DNA of 64,000 nucleotides from Erysipelotrichaceae bacterium (GCA_015059105.1 SVBB01000004.1:5144-69143), one strand, 5' to 3'; positions 40,977 to 51,467 are shown, counted from the stretch's first letter. Notes: generated by a model from the sequence alone, not told the origin. Numbers and translations: made by a program.

Positions 40977-42416
40977 ATGGCAATAAGTGATTTAACTGCT
41001 CGTTTCACAGACGAAAAATATGCGTCTAAAAGCGAAGTGATGAAAGAACTCGGCACTTCCTTAGTCGACAATATCTGGTCCAATATCTTGGCATATCGTC
41101 GTAGCAAATATATTAAGACGACTTTAAAATGCCTCGATTCTAGCGATTTGGTCTTATATAAAGGAACAGGAATTGAAAATCTCGTTTCTTCGTTTGAAGA
41201 AAAGCTTTCTCATTATATTTCCGAATGCGAATTATTCAGCGATGATGAAAGATTATTTGAACAGTTTAAGATCAACTGCAATGCGAATGTCATCTCCTAT
41301 TTATCAAGTTTCCATAAACAAGAGAAAAGTGAAGCTTTATCACGTGGGCTCGTTCAAGGAACATTAAAACCCAATAATGATATCGATATGTTCCTTCTTA
41401 GATATAAGAATGCTTTGGATAACTTGAATAATGATGATATCAACGAAGAATTCATCCTCAGGCTCCATAATCTCGTCTCTGGTCGTAATGATGGATATCG
41501 TCGTAACGATGATAATTCTTTGACTAACCGCGTTTTAATCGATAGATTATATAGCTCCGCAAAAGCGAGTTATATTCCGCTTTTCATCAATCAACTTATT
41601 AATTTTATTAATAACAGTGAACTCCCATTCGTTTATAAAGGGATTATCGCTTGCTATTATCTCAATTTGATTAAACCATTTAGCGATTATAATGAAGAAG
41701 TTTCTTTACTATTATTAAAAGCGATTTTGATGAATGAAGGAGTTGGCCCACTTATTAAAATCGTTCCTTTAGAGAAGGTGCTTAACCGCCCAAGTGACGA
41801 ACTTAGCAAAATGCTAAATGACTCTCAAAGATATTCAGATGTCACTTATTTCTTATATCATTCCATCCATTCTTTCTCGCTTGCCTGCGAAGAGATCAGC
41901 GATTATCTCGCTTTATTTAAGGGCAGCGTGATGAGAGAAGAATCATATCAAGAAGATGAGGTTCTTCAAGATGATCTTCTCCATGAGGAAAAGGTTGAAA
42001 CTATTGAACTCGTCCCAGAAGAAAAGGTTGTTGAAACTCCGAAAGTTGAAGAAGTTAAACCTGTTGAGCCAGTGGTTAAAAAGGAAAAGAAAGTTAAGCC
42101 TGTCAATGAAGAGTTGCAACCTACATTTACTGGAATAGCAATAAATGTGGTCACTCCCGAACTCGATGAAAACGAGGCGAAAAAACTTGAGAAACAACTC
42201 TTAGAAACTGACCCCTTATTACGTAAAGGGGAGGCGAAATTCTATGCGCGCCACTGCGTGCTTGGAAGAAACTATACAATCCAACAATTTAAGAAAACTA
42301 ATAACTGTGCGTATGAAACTGCTAGAACTGGAATGGATCATCTAGTAGAATTAGGTTATTATCGTAAAGGCGCGATTAAGAACAAATTCATCTACACGCC
42401 GATCCCAAGGAGGTAA
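40977..42416 (+). CDS. Fic-fold protein with a degenerate active-site motif, a K/E/V-rich low-complexity linker and a C-terminal wHTH-like domain
   Basis: IKPFSDYNEEVSLLLLKAILMNEGVGPLIKI aligns to the Fic core IHPFxDGNGRxxRLLxNLxLxxxGYPPIxI. The catalytic His and the GNGR are replaced. A repeat-like EEKVETIELVPEEKVVETPKVEEVKPVEPVVKKEKKVKP follows, then a basic C-terminal domain. Confidence 0.5.
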   Translation: MAISDLTARFTDEKYASKSEVMKELGTSLVDNIWSNILAYRRSKYIKTTLKCLDSSDLVLYKGTGIENLVSSFEEKLSHYISECELFSDDERLFEQFKINCNANVISYLSSFHKQEKSEALSRGLVQGTLKPNNDIDMFLLRYKNALDNLNNDDINEEFILRLHNLVSGRNDGYRRNDDNSLTNRVLIDRLYSSAKASYIPLFINQLINFINNSELPFVYKGIIACYYLNLIKPFSDYNEEVSLLLLKAILMNEGVGPLIKIVPLEKVLNRPSDELSKMLNDSQRYSDVTYFLYHSIHSFSLACEEISDYLALFKGSVMREESYQEDEVLQDDLLHEEKVETIELVPEEKVVETPKVEEVKPVEPVVKKEKKVKPVNEELQPTFTGIAINVVTPELDENEAKKLEKQLLETDPLLRKGEAKFYARHCVLGRNYTIQQFKKTNNCAYETARTGMDHLVELGYYRKGAIKNKFIYTPIPRR

Positions 42417-42421
42417 TTATT

Positions 42422-42661
42422 ATGATATTCGCGAGCTATGCTGGACAAGCATTCATGATTCTTGGAATCATTTTAGGCGTGATGGTGGTCATCGCTTTAA
42501 CAGCCTTTATTATCTATCGCATTTCTCATCCAAAATTAAAACAAGATGATAAACCAGAAGAATCTCAGATTGTCGATGAGGAACTTAACCGTATCTTAAA
42601 ACCAATCGATGATGACGAAGTAGCGAAAGAAGTTGAACAATATCAAGACAAGGATGAATAA
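42422..42661 (+). CDS. Small single-TM protein with an acidic C-terminal tail
   Basis: The ORF is 79 aa. A hydrophobic helix (AFMILGIILGVMVVIALTAFIIY) is followed by a D/E-rich tail. The ORF starts 5 nt after the Fic-like gene. Confidence 0.4.
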   Translation: MIFASYAGQAFMILGIILGVMVVIALTAFIIYRISHPKLKQDDKPEESQIVDEELNRILKPIDDDEVAKEVEQYQDKDE

Positions 42662-43748
42662 ACCTCTTTCTTTATATATTCATATTCCATTCTGCGAACA
42701 TATCTGTTCTTACTGCGATTTTCCTAAATTGCAGTATTTTTCTACTTTTTCAAATATCTATTTGAAGAGATTAAAGGAAGAACTTGATTCTTATCATATT
42801 AATCATCCTTTAAAGACTATCTATGTAGGTGGTGGCACTCCAAGTGCGTTGCCACTTGATGAACTTAAAACATTATTAGAAATGATTAAACCATATTCAA
42901 AAGATGTCAAAGAATATACTTTTGAAGCTAATCCTGAATCATTATCTTTAGATAAAATCAAACTACTAAAATCATTTGGGGTGAACCGCATTTCTTTAGG
43001 AGTAGAGTCCACCCAAGAGAAATATTTAAAGCTGATGAACCGTCATCATTCATTTTTTGATGTTAGGAAAGTCATCAATGATTTAATCGATGAAGGAATA
43101 AATAATATCAATGTCGATTTAATCCTTGGCCTACCAAATATGAAAATAAGCGATTTAAAGGCTGATTTAGACAATATTATCACTCTTCCGATAAAACATA
43201 TTAGCTGCTATTCTTTGACTGTTTCTCCCCATACTGCTTTTTATATAAATGGAGTTAGCCCACAAGAAGATGATTTGATGCGAGAATATTATGATTTTGT
43301 TCATTATTATCTTTTAGATAAAGGTTTTATCCATTACGAAGTATCAAACTGGGCAAAAGAAGGATATATGAGTGAGCACAATCTCACTTACTGGAAAAAT
43401 GAACAATATTATGGAGTGGGCTTAGGCGCTTCTGGATATATCGGTAATATCAGATATACGAATACGAGAAGTATTAATAAATATAATTACGGCGATTTAG
43501 ATAGAAACGAGGAAGTCGTGGACATCGCTTCTTTAAAAACATATATGCTGATGACTAATTTAAGAACGATATTGGGTCTTGATTTAGCTAAGTATCGCAC
43601 TTTGTTTAATGAAGATTTGCTTGCTATTAAAGGGAAAGAGATTGCTGAATTAATCGGGAATAAATTAATTGAAATCAATAATTATAAAATCATTCCGACT
43701 TATCACGGGATGATGGTATTAGACCAAATAATCCTCGCATTACTATAA
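42654..43748 (+). CDS. hemW: Radical-SAM heme chaperone HemW (oxygen-independent coproporphyrinogen-III oxidase-like)
   Basis: LYIHIPFCEHICSYCDF is the CxxxCxxC radical-SAM motif. A HemN_C-like C-terminus and the conserved lepA-hemW-hrcA neighbourhood support the call. The start is taken as MNKPLSLY. The longer track start at 42633 is also possible. Confidence 0.8.
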   Translation: MNKPLSLYIHIPFCEHICSYCDFPKLQYFSTFSNIYLKRLKEELDSYHINHPLKTIYVGGGTPSALPLDELKTLLEMIKPYSKDVKEYTFEANPESLSLDKIKLLKSFGVNRISLGVESTQEKYLKLMNRHHSFFDVRKVINDLIDEGINNINVDLILGLPNMKISDLKADLDNIITLPIKHISCYSLTVSPHTAFYINGVSPQEDDLMREYYDFVHYYLLDKGFIHYEVSNWAKEGYMSEHNLTYWKNEQYYGVGLGASGYIGNIRYTNTRSINKYNYGDLDRNEEVVDIASLKTYMLMTNLRTILGLDLAKYRTLFNEDLLAIKGKEIAELIGNKLIEINNYKIIPTYHGMMVLDQIILALL

Positions 43749-43752
43749 AAAA

Positions 43753-43772
43753 AAGAACCCTTACGGGTTCTT
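43753..43772. terminator. Terminator hairpin between convergent hemW and hsp20
   Basis: agaaccc-ttac-gggttct has an A-run upstream, giving a U-run for the minus-strand hsp20 transcript. Confidence 0.6.
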
Positions 43773-43789
43773 CGAAAGGGGACTGCAAA

Positions 43790-44185
43790 TTAGTCAATAT
43801 TGATGTAATGTGGTTCTTGTTTAACTGGCTCAGCCTTTTTAATAGTGAGAGTTAGAACACCTTTATCAAGCTTTGCGGCAATATCTTCATATTTGACTTC
43901 TTCGCCGACATAATAGCTTCTACCGAATGAACCATATTTTCTTTCTCTATAGATGTATTTCTTCTCTTCGTCAGTTTCTTCTTCAAAAGAAGCTTCAACT
44001 TTGAGATAGCCATCTTCTAATGAGAGTTTGATATGATCTTTTTCGACATTAGGAAGATTAATCTTCATTTCATAACGGTCATTATATTCGATGATATCGG
44101 TATCCATCGTATGTGGATACTGTTTTTTATCGCTAGAAAGGAAGAAGTCGAATAATGGATTGAATGTTGTAATTGAGTTTTTCAT
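43790..44185 (-). CDS. Small heat-shock protein (Hsp20/alpha-crystallin)
   Basis: The ORF is 131 aa. The alpha-crystallin domain includes GVLTLTIKK. The RBS ggagg lies 8 nt upstream. Confidence 0.85.
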   Translation of the reverse strand: MKNSITTFNPLFDFFLSSDKKQYPHTMDTDIIEYNDRYEMKINLPNVEKDHIKLSLEDGYLKVEASFEEETDEEKKYIYRERKYGSFGRSYYVGEEVKYEDIAAKLDKGVLTLTIKKAEPVKQEPHYINID

Positions 44186-44206
44186 AAGTAATACCTCCGA
44201 TTGTAT

Positions 44207-44233
44207 TTAGCACTCATTACGTTTGATTGCTAA
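44207..44233 (-). promoter_or_regulatory. CIRCE operator (HrcA site) proximal to hsp20
   Basis: The minus strand reads TTAGCAATC-N9-GAGTGCTAA. The consensus is TTAGCACTC-N9-GAGTGCTAA. It lies between the -10 box and the RBS. Confidence 0.8.
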
Positions 44234-44240
44234 CAACTAT

Positions 44241-44268
44241 ATTGTATCACCTATTAGCACTCTGTCAA
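44241..44268 (-). promoter_or_regulatory. Sigma-A promoter of hsp20
   Basis: On the minus strand, TTGACA (44263-44268), a 16-nt spacer, then TACAAT (44241-44246). It is flanked on both sides by CIRCE elements. Confidence 0.7.
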
Positions 44269-44280
44269 GTAGTTTGCTAA
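44254..44280 (-). promoter_or_regulatory. Second, distal CIRCE element overlapping the hsp20 -35 box
   Basis: The minus strand reads TTAGCAAAC-N9-GAGTGCTAA. It overlaps the ttgaca box. Confidence 0.7.
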
Positions 44281-44472
44281 AAATATTTAATACAAAGTAT
44301 TAATGGTTAAAAATTACTAAAAAATATTAAAAAAATATAAGAAAAAGAAACATTTTAGCGAAGAATTCTAGCAAATTTCATTCGCTACGATTATCGTAAT
44401 TAACATATGCTATCCCTACATGGGCCCCCTTGCTCTTGGGGCGATTATAAGGTATTATGATATTGTAGATGG

Positions 44473-44499
44473 GGATCCTCTCCTAACGAGGATCTTTTT
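44473..44499 (+). terminator. Plus-strand intrinsic terminator with no annotated plus-strand gene upstream
   Basis: gatcctc-tcctaac-gaggatc is followed by tttttt. It overlaps the 3' end of the minus-strand small ORF at 44482-44562. Confidence 0.55.
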
Positions 44500-44562
44500 T
44501 ATTACCCATAAACAACAGAAGGATGACCAGGATGATCAAGGACGTCACGACAGAATAATCCA
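44482..44562 (-). CDS. Candidate 26-aa hydrophobic peptide (MDYSVVTSLIILVILLLFMGNKKDPR), type I toxin-like
   Basis: The ATG is preceded by aaaggagag. A single TM helix is followed by a KKDPR tail. The last codons are encoded inside the terminator hairpin. The reading frame is my own. The ORF is below the 60-aa track cutoff. Confidence 0.25.
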
Positions 44563-44623
44563 TCGCAAGAATTACTCTCCTTTCTATACCTAGACCAAAA
44601 GCAAGGGAGTGAGGAATTTCTCA

Positions 44624-44735
44624 TTTAAAGAAACCCCCTTACTATATATAGACGCGAAAAATGCGATTTTTTCGGATTTTATTTTCCGCAATTTTTACAA
44701 ACGAAAAGAAAAGACCCAAAGGGTCTTAAGAAATT
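44624..44735 (-). repeat. Copy E of the recurrent cassette, including the amylase terminator hairpin, leading into the small-ORF locus
   Basis: The sense strand reads aagaccctttgggtctt-ttcttttcgTTTGTAAAAATTGCGGAAAATAAAATCCGAAAAaatcgcatttttcgcgtctatatatagtaaggggg-N9-ATG. The capitalised 33 nt are identical to copy D. Confidence 0.75.
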
Positions 44736-44747
44736 TTGGTTAGCGAC

Positions 44748-46595
44748 TTATTTCACTAATTCGATGACGGTCGCGCCGTATTCGCTAGAGATGTTAACGG
44801 TGATGCTACCATTTTTCATCGTATATGTCTCTCCGCTGATGAGATCTTTATAAGTGCCGTTAGCTAAATTAGAGATTGATAAAGTGGCTCTGCCGCTTCC
44901 GTTTACGTTGATGATAGTGGCGCCATATCCGTTATCCCCATGACGCGCGACATAGGCGAGAGAATCGCTTGAACCGACAGTATCATTATTGCTCCCCATA
45001 TCATTTTTTAATTTATTAACAGAGGAGATAAGTTTATTCTTATAGCTATCGCTTTGTGGTTGGCTATTATTGAGTTTAGAACTCCAATTTGGACGGCAGA
45101 AGTATAAGCCTCTTGCGCCTTTTCTAGAAGCCACTAAAGCATAAGCTTTATCAACATCTTTTTGGTTGGCATCACGCGATATTCCACCGTATTCAGGAGT
45201 GTTCATATATGTATCGTGTGATTCTCCCCATAAAACTAGTTTATCTGGAGATATGTTAGTTTCATAGTGGGAATTACCTGCCCCATTTGAGTTACCGCTT
45301 CTGACTGCAGAAAGGATATTATTGCCGGTTCTGTTATCGGTAATCGCATCTAAGATATTCGTATAATAATCAAATGGAACCCCTGCGCAGTTATCGAGGA
45401 TTTCTCCATACATATATAACTTCTTATCATATGTTTCTTTCGCGTATGTGTAGGCATGAGTAGCTGTGTTAGTCCAGAAATCACTCTTGATATTACTATC
45501 ATCATAAGGTGTTTCGATATGCTTAGCGGCGTCAAATCTAAAGCCATCAACGCCGTAATCAACTAAGGATTTTAAATATTTATAGACTGTATCTTGGACA
45601 ATCTTATTACCAGTGTTTAATTCTGGGTATCCACCTAAACGGTAATGGGTCACATCATAACGATTATTCCAGTTCGAACATTGGTTAACTGTACGGATAG
45701 TTTCGTTCTTATTATTTTTAATCGCAGTTTCGGCAACACCATAGTCGAGTTCGTTGCCGTTTCCGCCCATATGGTTAGCGACGACATCGACGATGATTTT
45801 GAGATTGAGCTTATGAGCAGCTGCAGTTAATGATTTCAAATCATTACTAGTGCCTAAATATGTGTTGTCATTAGGAACATCAAAGGACCATGGTTGATAT
45901 AGTCTCCACCAGTTAGAAGTATCCCAGTCACCATTATATTCTTTTGGTCTTTGGAGTGGCGAAGTTTGAATGGCGGTATATCCCGCCTTAGATATTTCAC
46001 TTAAATTATTCTTAATAGTGTTCAAATTCCAGTCAAAAGCGTGGAAGATATTTCCGTATTCGTTATTGCTTGGAGCTGGAGATGGTGGATCATATTGGCT
46101 ACTGCTAGATTCGCCTCCACCTGGATGGAGGTCTGGCATCGTGTCATTCTTTTGTAAAGAATCGTTATAGTACCAGTAGGCACCGATACCATTGATTGAC
46201 ATGCCGGAATGGCTCGTTTGTTGACCTTTATCGCCAGTATTTAAGATGATTGAGAAATTCGTATATGATTTATTAAAATCATAGGAAAGCCAATCTTCGT
46301 CATAACTGGTAAGAGCTATGCCTGGCCATTGACCGATGATAGGTTGGTTATCACTTCCCCAAGCATAGATATGATCGTATATAACGAGGTTCGTGTCTTT
46401 GCTGACGAAGACTTTGACGTGATCGAGATCTTTAAAATTTGGAAGGGATGATTGACCGCTTCTTGATTCTTGAGATGTAGATTCACCTTTTGATGAATCG
46501 GGGTTTGATTGATTAGAACTAGATGAGGATGTCGTACAAGAAAATAGTAACGACGAGACACTAGTCATTAAAAATAATAGCTTCTGTGTTTTCAT
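44748..46595 (-). CDS. Secreted/lipoprotein alpha-amylase (GH13)
   Basis: MKTQKLLFLMTSVSSLLFSC is a lipobox. GH13 regions are present (IVDVVANHMG, GFRFDAAKH, EILD, WGESHD). A Ser-rich linker follows the signal peptide. Confidence 0.85.
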   Translation of the reverse strand: MKTQKLLFLMTSVSSLLFSCTTSSSSSNQSNPDSSKGESTSQESRSGQSSLPNFKDLDHVKVFVSKDTNLVIYDHIYAWGSDNQPIIGQWPGIALTSYDEDWLSYDFNKSYTNFSIILNTGDKGQQTSHSGMSINGIGAYWYYNDSLQKNDTMPDLHPGGGESSSSQYDPPSPAPSNNEYGNIFHAFDWNLNTIKNNLSEISKAGYTAIQTSPLQRPKEYNGDWDTSNWWRLYQPWSFDVPNDNTYLGTSNDLKSLTAAAHKLNLKIIVDVVANHMGGNGNELDYGVAETAIKNNKNETIRTVNQCSNWNNRYDVTHYRLGGYPELNTGNKIVQDTVYKYLKSLVDYGVDGFRFDAAKHIETPYDDSNIKSDFWTNTATHAYTYAKETYDKKLYMYGEILDNCAGVPFDYYTNILDAITDNRTGNNILSAVRSGNSNGAGNSHYETNISPDKLVLWGESHDTYMNTPEYGGISRDANQKDVDKAYALVASRKGARGLYFCRPNWSSKLNNSQPQSDSYKNKLISSVNKLKNDMGSNNDTVGSSDSLAYVARHGDNGYGATIINVNGSGRATLSISNLANGTYKDLISGETYTMKNGSITVNISSEYGATVIELVK

Positions 46596-46692
46596 AGTTA
46601 TATGTTAGCACCTTTAATCTTTTTTAAAAGAGTAACTATATGAAAAACTGACCTCTTATATAAATCCTTATAATATTATTATTTATGGATAT

Positions 46693-46719
46693 TTAGCACT
46701 TTTTGCTTGACAGTGCTAA
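46693..46719 (+). promoter_or_regulatory. CIRCE operator overlapping the -35 of the hrcA operon promoter
   Basis: It reads TTAGCACTT-N9-CAGTGCTAA. The ttgaca box at 46707-46712 lies inside it. The tataat box is at 46729-46734, after a 16-nt spacer. Confidence 0.8.
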
Positions 46720-46738
46720 CGAACTGCCTATAATGTAA

Positions 46739-46765
46739 TTAGCACTTGGGTAAGAAAAGTGCCAA
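46739..46765 (+). promoter_or_regulatory. Second, degenerate CIRCE-like element downstream of the -10 box
   Basis: TTAGCACTT-N9-AAGTGCCAA. The right arm is imperfect. Confidence 0.55.
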
Positions 46766-46778
46766 AGGGGGATCGGAT

Positions 46779-47822
46779 ATGCTTAATAGAAGTGATACGA
46801 TACTAAAGTATATTGTGGAATATTTTATCAAACATGCTCAACCTGTGGGATCTCATACCCTCATTGAAGAATATCATTTGAATTATTCTTCTGCGACAAT
46901 CCGTAATGAAATGTACGCGCTTGAAAAGATGGGCTATATTGAAAAACCACACACTTCAAGCGGACGTGTTCCATCCACTAAAGGATATAAATATTACTGT
47001 GAACACCTACGCGATAAAAGCGTCTCTGATGAACTCAAGAATCAACTTCAAACAGTTCTCAATAAGAAGATTCAATCCGTTGAAGAAGTATTAAAAGAGA
47101 GCTGTGAGATTCTCTCCCACATGACTTCATTAGTCTCGGTGGTGATGGGACCAGATGAAAAGAGTGAGAAACTCGCCTCTGTCCAAATGGTGAAAATCTC
47201 TGATAAATCCTTAACAGCGATCTTTGTCACCGATAAAGGCTATGTGGAAAACAAAACATTCATCGTTCCTGATAACATTGATACCGATGAAGTGGTCAAC
47301 TGTGTCAAACTCTTAAATGAGAGACTCGTTGGCACCCCAGTTGGTGAACTCGTCGATAAGATTGAAATCTTAAAACCGATATTATCCGACTATGTCGTCA
47401 GTCATGACTTAATCTACCAAGCTTTGCTTGAAACATTCATGCGTTTTGCTTCAGATCGTCTCTCATTATATGGAGAAGGAGAGTTATTCTCCCATCCAGA
47501 ATTCAAAAACGATACTGAAAAGCTCATGAAAGTGATGAAGATGCTCAATAATGCTTCCGTCTTTAAAGAAGTGGAAAAGGGTTGTGAAGAGAGCAAAGAA
47601 CCATTATTCAAAATCGGTGAAGATGTCGGTGATCCAGATGTTGGAGTGGTCTCCACGAAAATCAACCTAGGTAATGGTGAAACAAGCATCTGCTTAGTGG
47701 GACCGAAAAGAATGGACTACGACGAAGCGCTTAGCGCCCTTGAATATCTCCAGGAATTATTAGACAAATACTTCCAGGGTGAAGATAGTGATGAAGATAA
47801 AGGAGGCCATAATGATGCGTGA
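46779..47822 (+). CDS. hrcA: Heat-inducible transcription repressor HrcA
   Basis: An N-terminal wHTH (ILKYIVEYFIKHAQPVGSHTL) is present. It is first in the hrcA-grpE-dnaK-dnaJ order. The start is set at MLNRSD after the RBS aaaggggg. The ORF-track start at 46746 would overlap the operator. Confidence 0.9.
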   Translation: MLNRSDTILKYIVEYFIKHAQPVGSHTLIEEYHLNYSSATIRNEMYALEKMGYIEKPHTSSGRVPSTKGYKYYCEHLRDKSVSDELKNQLQTVLNKKIQSVEEVLKESCEILSHMTSLVSVVMGPDEKSEKLASVQMVKISDKSLTAIFVTDKGYVENKTFIVPDNIDTDEVVNCVKLLNERLVGTPVGELVDKIEILKPILSDYVVSHDLIYQALLETFMRFASDRLSLYGEGELFSHPEFKNDTEKLMKVMKMLNNASVFKEVEKGCEESKEPLFKIGEDVGDPDVGVVSTKINLGNGETSICLVGPKRMDYDEALSALEYLQELLDKYFQGEDSDEDKGGHNDA

Positions 47823-48405
47823 TGAAATCAAAATTGAAGATGAAGAATTAAACGAAGAAGAAATAAAAGATAAAGGCGAAAAGAAAGCCAAAAAGAAATT
47901 AGATGAGGTTTTAGAAAAACTTGCTAAAGCAAATGCGGATGTCGAACATTGGAAAAACGAGTATTACCGCGCTTATGCAGATACCAAAAACCTCAGAAAC
48001 AAGCTTGAAAAAGATTATAAAGAATCTGTCAAATATCGTGTTGAAGGGTTCGTCGATGAACTATTACCGATATTAGATAGCTTCGAAAGCGTTCTTAAAC
48101 AAGAAGTGGAAGATCCAAATTTAAAGAATTACTTAATTGGCTTCCAGTATGTCTATAAAAACCTTCTTGCGGTACTTGAAAACGAAGGAGTGAAAACCTT
48201 CATTCCAAAAGTCGATGATAAATTCGATGCCTCCACAATGGACGCTATTGATACTATTGAAGGGGAAAAAGAAAATATCATCACGAAAGTATACGCGAGT
48301 GGATATAAACTGCATGACCACCTCATCCGTCCGGCAAGAGTGCAGGTCAGCGTGATTAAGAAAGAAGAAAAAGAAAATAAGCCGGAAGAAAATCTCGATG
48401 CATAA
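47812..48405 (+). CDS. grpE: Nucleotide exchange factor GrpE
   Basis: A coiled-coil region followed by a beta-domain is the GrpE signature. The start is set at ATGATG after aaaggagg, overlapping the hrcA stop. Confidence 0.9.
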   Translation: MMRDEIKIEDEELNEEEIKDKGEKKAKKKLDEVLEKLAKANADVEHWKNEYYRAYADTKNLRNKLEKDYKESVKYRVEGFVDELLPILDSFESVLKQEVEDPNLKNYLIGFQYVYKNLLAVLENEGVKTFIPKVDDKFDASTMDAIDTIEGEKENIITKVYASGYKLHDHLIRPARVQVSVIKKEEKENKPEENLDA

Positions 48406-48424
48406 AATAATAAGGAGGATATAA

Positions 48425-50260
<1,836 letters not shown>

Positions 50261-50276
50261 TCATTATTAATATTAA

Positions 50277-50302
50277 TAAAGGGGGCTTATTGCCCCTTTT
50301 AG
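50277..50302 (+). terminator. Partial terminator/attenuator between dnaK and dnaJ
   Basis: aaagggggc-ttat-tgcccctttt. Confidence 0.55.
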
Positions 50303-50324
50303 AGCATTATAGAAAGGAGCATTT

Positions 50325-51467
50325 ATGGCCGAAAAAAGAGATTATTATGAATCTTTGGGGATTAAGAAAAACGCGACTAAGGATGAGATCAAATCTGCAT
50401 ACCGTAAATTAGCAAAACAATATCACCCAGATAATAAAGAAACCGGCAACGCCGACAAATTTAAAGAAATACAAGAAGCCTATGATGTTCTTTATGACGA
50501 CAAGAAAAGAAGCTTGTACGATCAATTTGGTCACGCAGCCTTTGAACAAGGTGCTGGCGGAGGAGCGGGCGGTAACCCATTTGGTGGTGGCTTTGGCGGC
50601 TTCCAAGATATGGGAGATATCAATCTAGGTGATATCTTCGGCCAATTCTTCGGTGGTGGTGCGCGTAGTAGAGCAAGAGCTTCTACAGGACCGATTAGAG
50701 GTCGCGACTTAGCGATGCAAGTGCAAGTGGAGTTCATGGATGCAATCAATGGTAAAGTTGTACCAGTAACTATTAACCACGATGAAACTTGTGAAGCATG
50801 TCATGGCAGTGGAGCGAAATCTCCAGATGCGATTAAGACTTGTCCAACTTGTCACGGTTCAGGACGAGTGATTAGACAGCATCAATCCTTATTCGGAGTG
50901 ATGCAAGAAGAAACCGCCTGTCCACAGTGCGGTGGCGCGGGAAAAATAATTACCGATAAATGTCCATCCTGTGGTGGCAAGGGTTATAACCGTAAAAAGA
51001 AGACCATCAATCTCAATATTCGTCCAGGTATCAATACTGGTCAACAGCTCCGTCAACCAGGATATGGTGAAGCGGGACAAAGAGGTGGCCAACCTGGCGA
51101 TATGTACTTTGAAATATATGTTAAACCGCATCCATATTTCAAACGTGAAGGCAATGATATCCATATTGAAATCCCTCTTGATTTCGTCGATGCGATTCTC
51201 GGTACGACGATTGATATTCCAACTGTTTATGGCGATAAATCCTTAGCGATTCCTGCTGGTACTCAGCCAAATCAGATCTTAAGAATGAAGGGACACGGTG
51301 TTAAAGATTTTAGAACCGGTAAACCTGGTGATCAATACGTCCATTTGAATATCAAAATGCCGACAAGTGTCACTCGCGATCAAAAGCGAATTCTTGAAGA
51401 ATATAAGAACACATCGAATGCGAATGACTCATTCTTCGCAAAATTCATGAAAAACTTCAAAAAATAA
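50325..51467 (+). CDS. dnaJ: Chaperone DnaJ
   Basis: The J-domain (YYESLGI...HPD), a G/F-rich region and four CxxCxGxG zinc-finger repeats are present. Confidence 0.95.
   Translation: MAEKRDYYESLGIKKNATKDEIKSAYRKLAKQYHPDNKETGNADKFKEIQEAYDVLYDDKKRSLYDQFGHAAFEQGAGGGAGGNPFGGGFGGFQDMGDINLGDIFGQFFGGGARSRARASTGPIRGRDLAMQVQVEFMDAINGKVVPVTINHDETCEACHGSGAKSPDAIKTCPTCHGSGRVIRQHQSLFGVMQEETACPQCGGAGKIITDKCPSCGGKGYNRKKKTINLNIRPGINTGQQLRQPGYGEAGQRGGQPGDMYFEIYVKPHPYFKREGNDIHIEIPLDFVDAILGTTIDIPTVYGDKSLAIPAGTQPNQILRMKGHGVKDFRTGKPGDQYVHLNIKMPTSVTRDQKRILEEYKNTSNANDSFFAKFMKNFKK

Noticed and set aside
41943-42197. Three small ORFs (K/R/L-rich, F/N/L-rich, S/T-rich) inside the repeat linker of the Fic-like gene
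   Set aside because: They are alternative-frame readings of the GAA/AAG-rich repeat that encodes the EEKV/PEEKV linker. This is a compositional artefact.
44501-44623. 40-aa ORF (MRNSSLPCFWSRYRKESNSCDGLFCRDVLDHPGHPSVVYG) directly behind cassette copy E
   Set aside because: It is not called as a separate gene. It overlaps the 26-aa hydrophobic ORF in another frame and has no recognisable character. Its ATG is at the position where the other cassette copies place their gene start, so it could be a translated leader coupled to the downstream peptide. It is kept as part of the finding rather than as a feature.
46746-47822. ORF-track extended starts for hrcA (46746), grpE (47779), sigA (57975), nrdD (8239), fba (2339) and ispH (61572)
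   Set aside because: In each case an internal Met preceded by a good SD is the plausible start. The longer forms would run through operators and terminators or overlap the upstream gene substantially.
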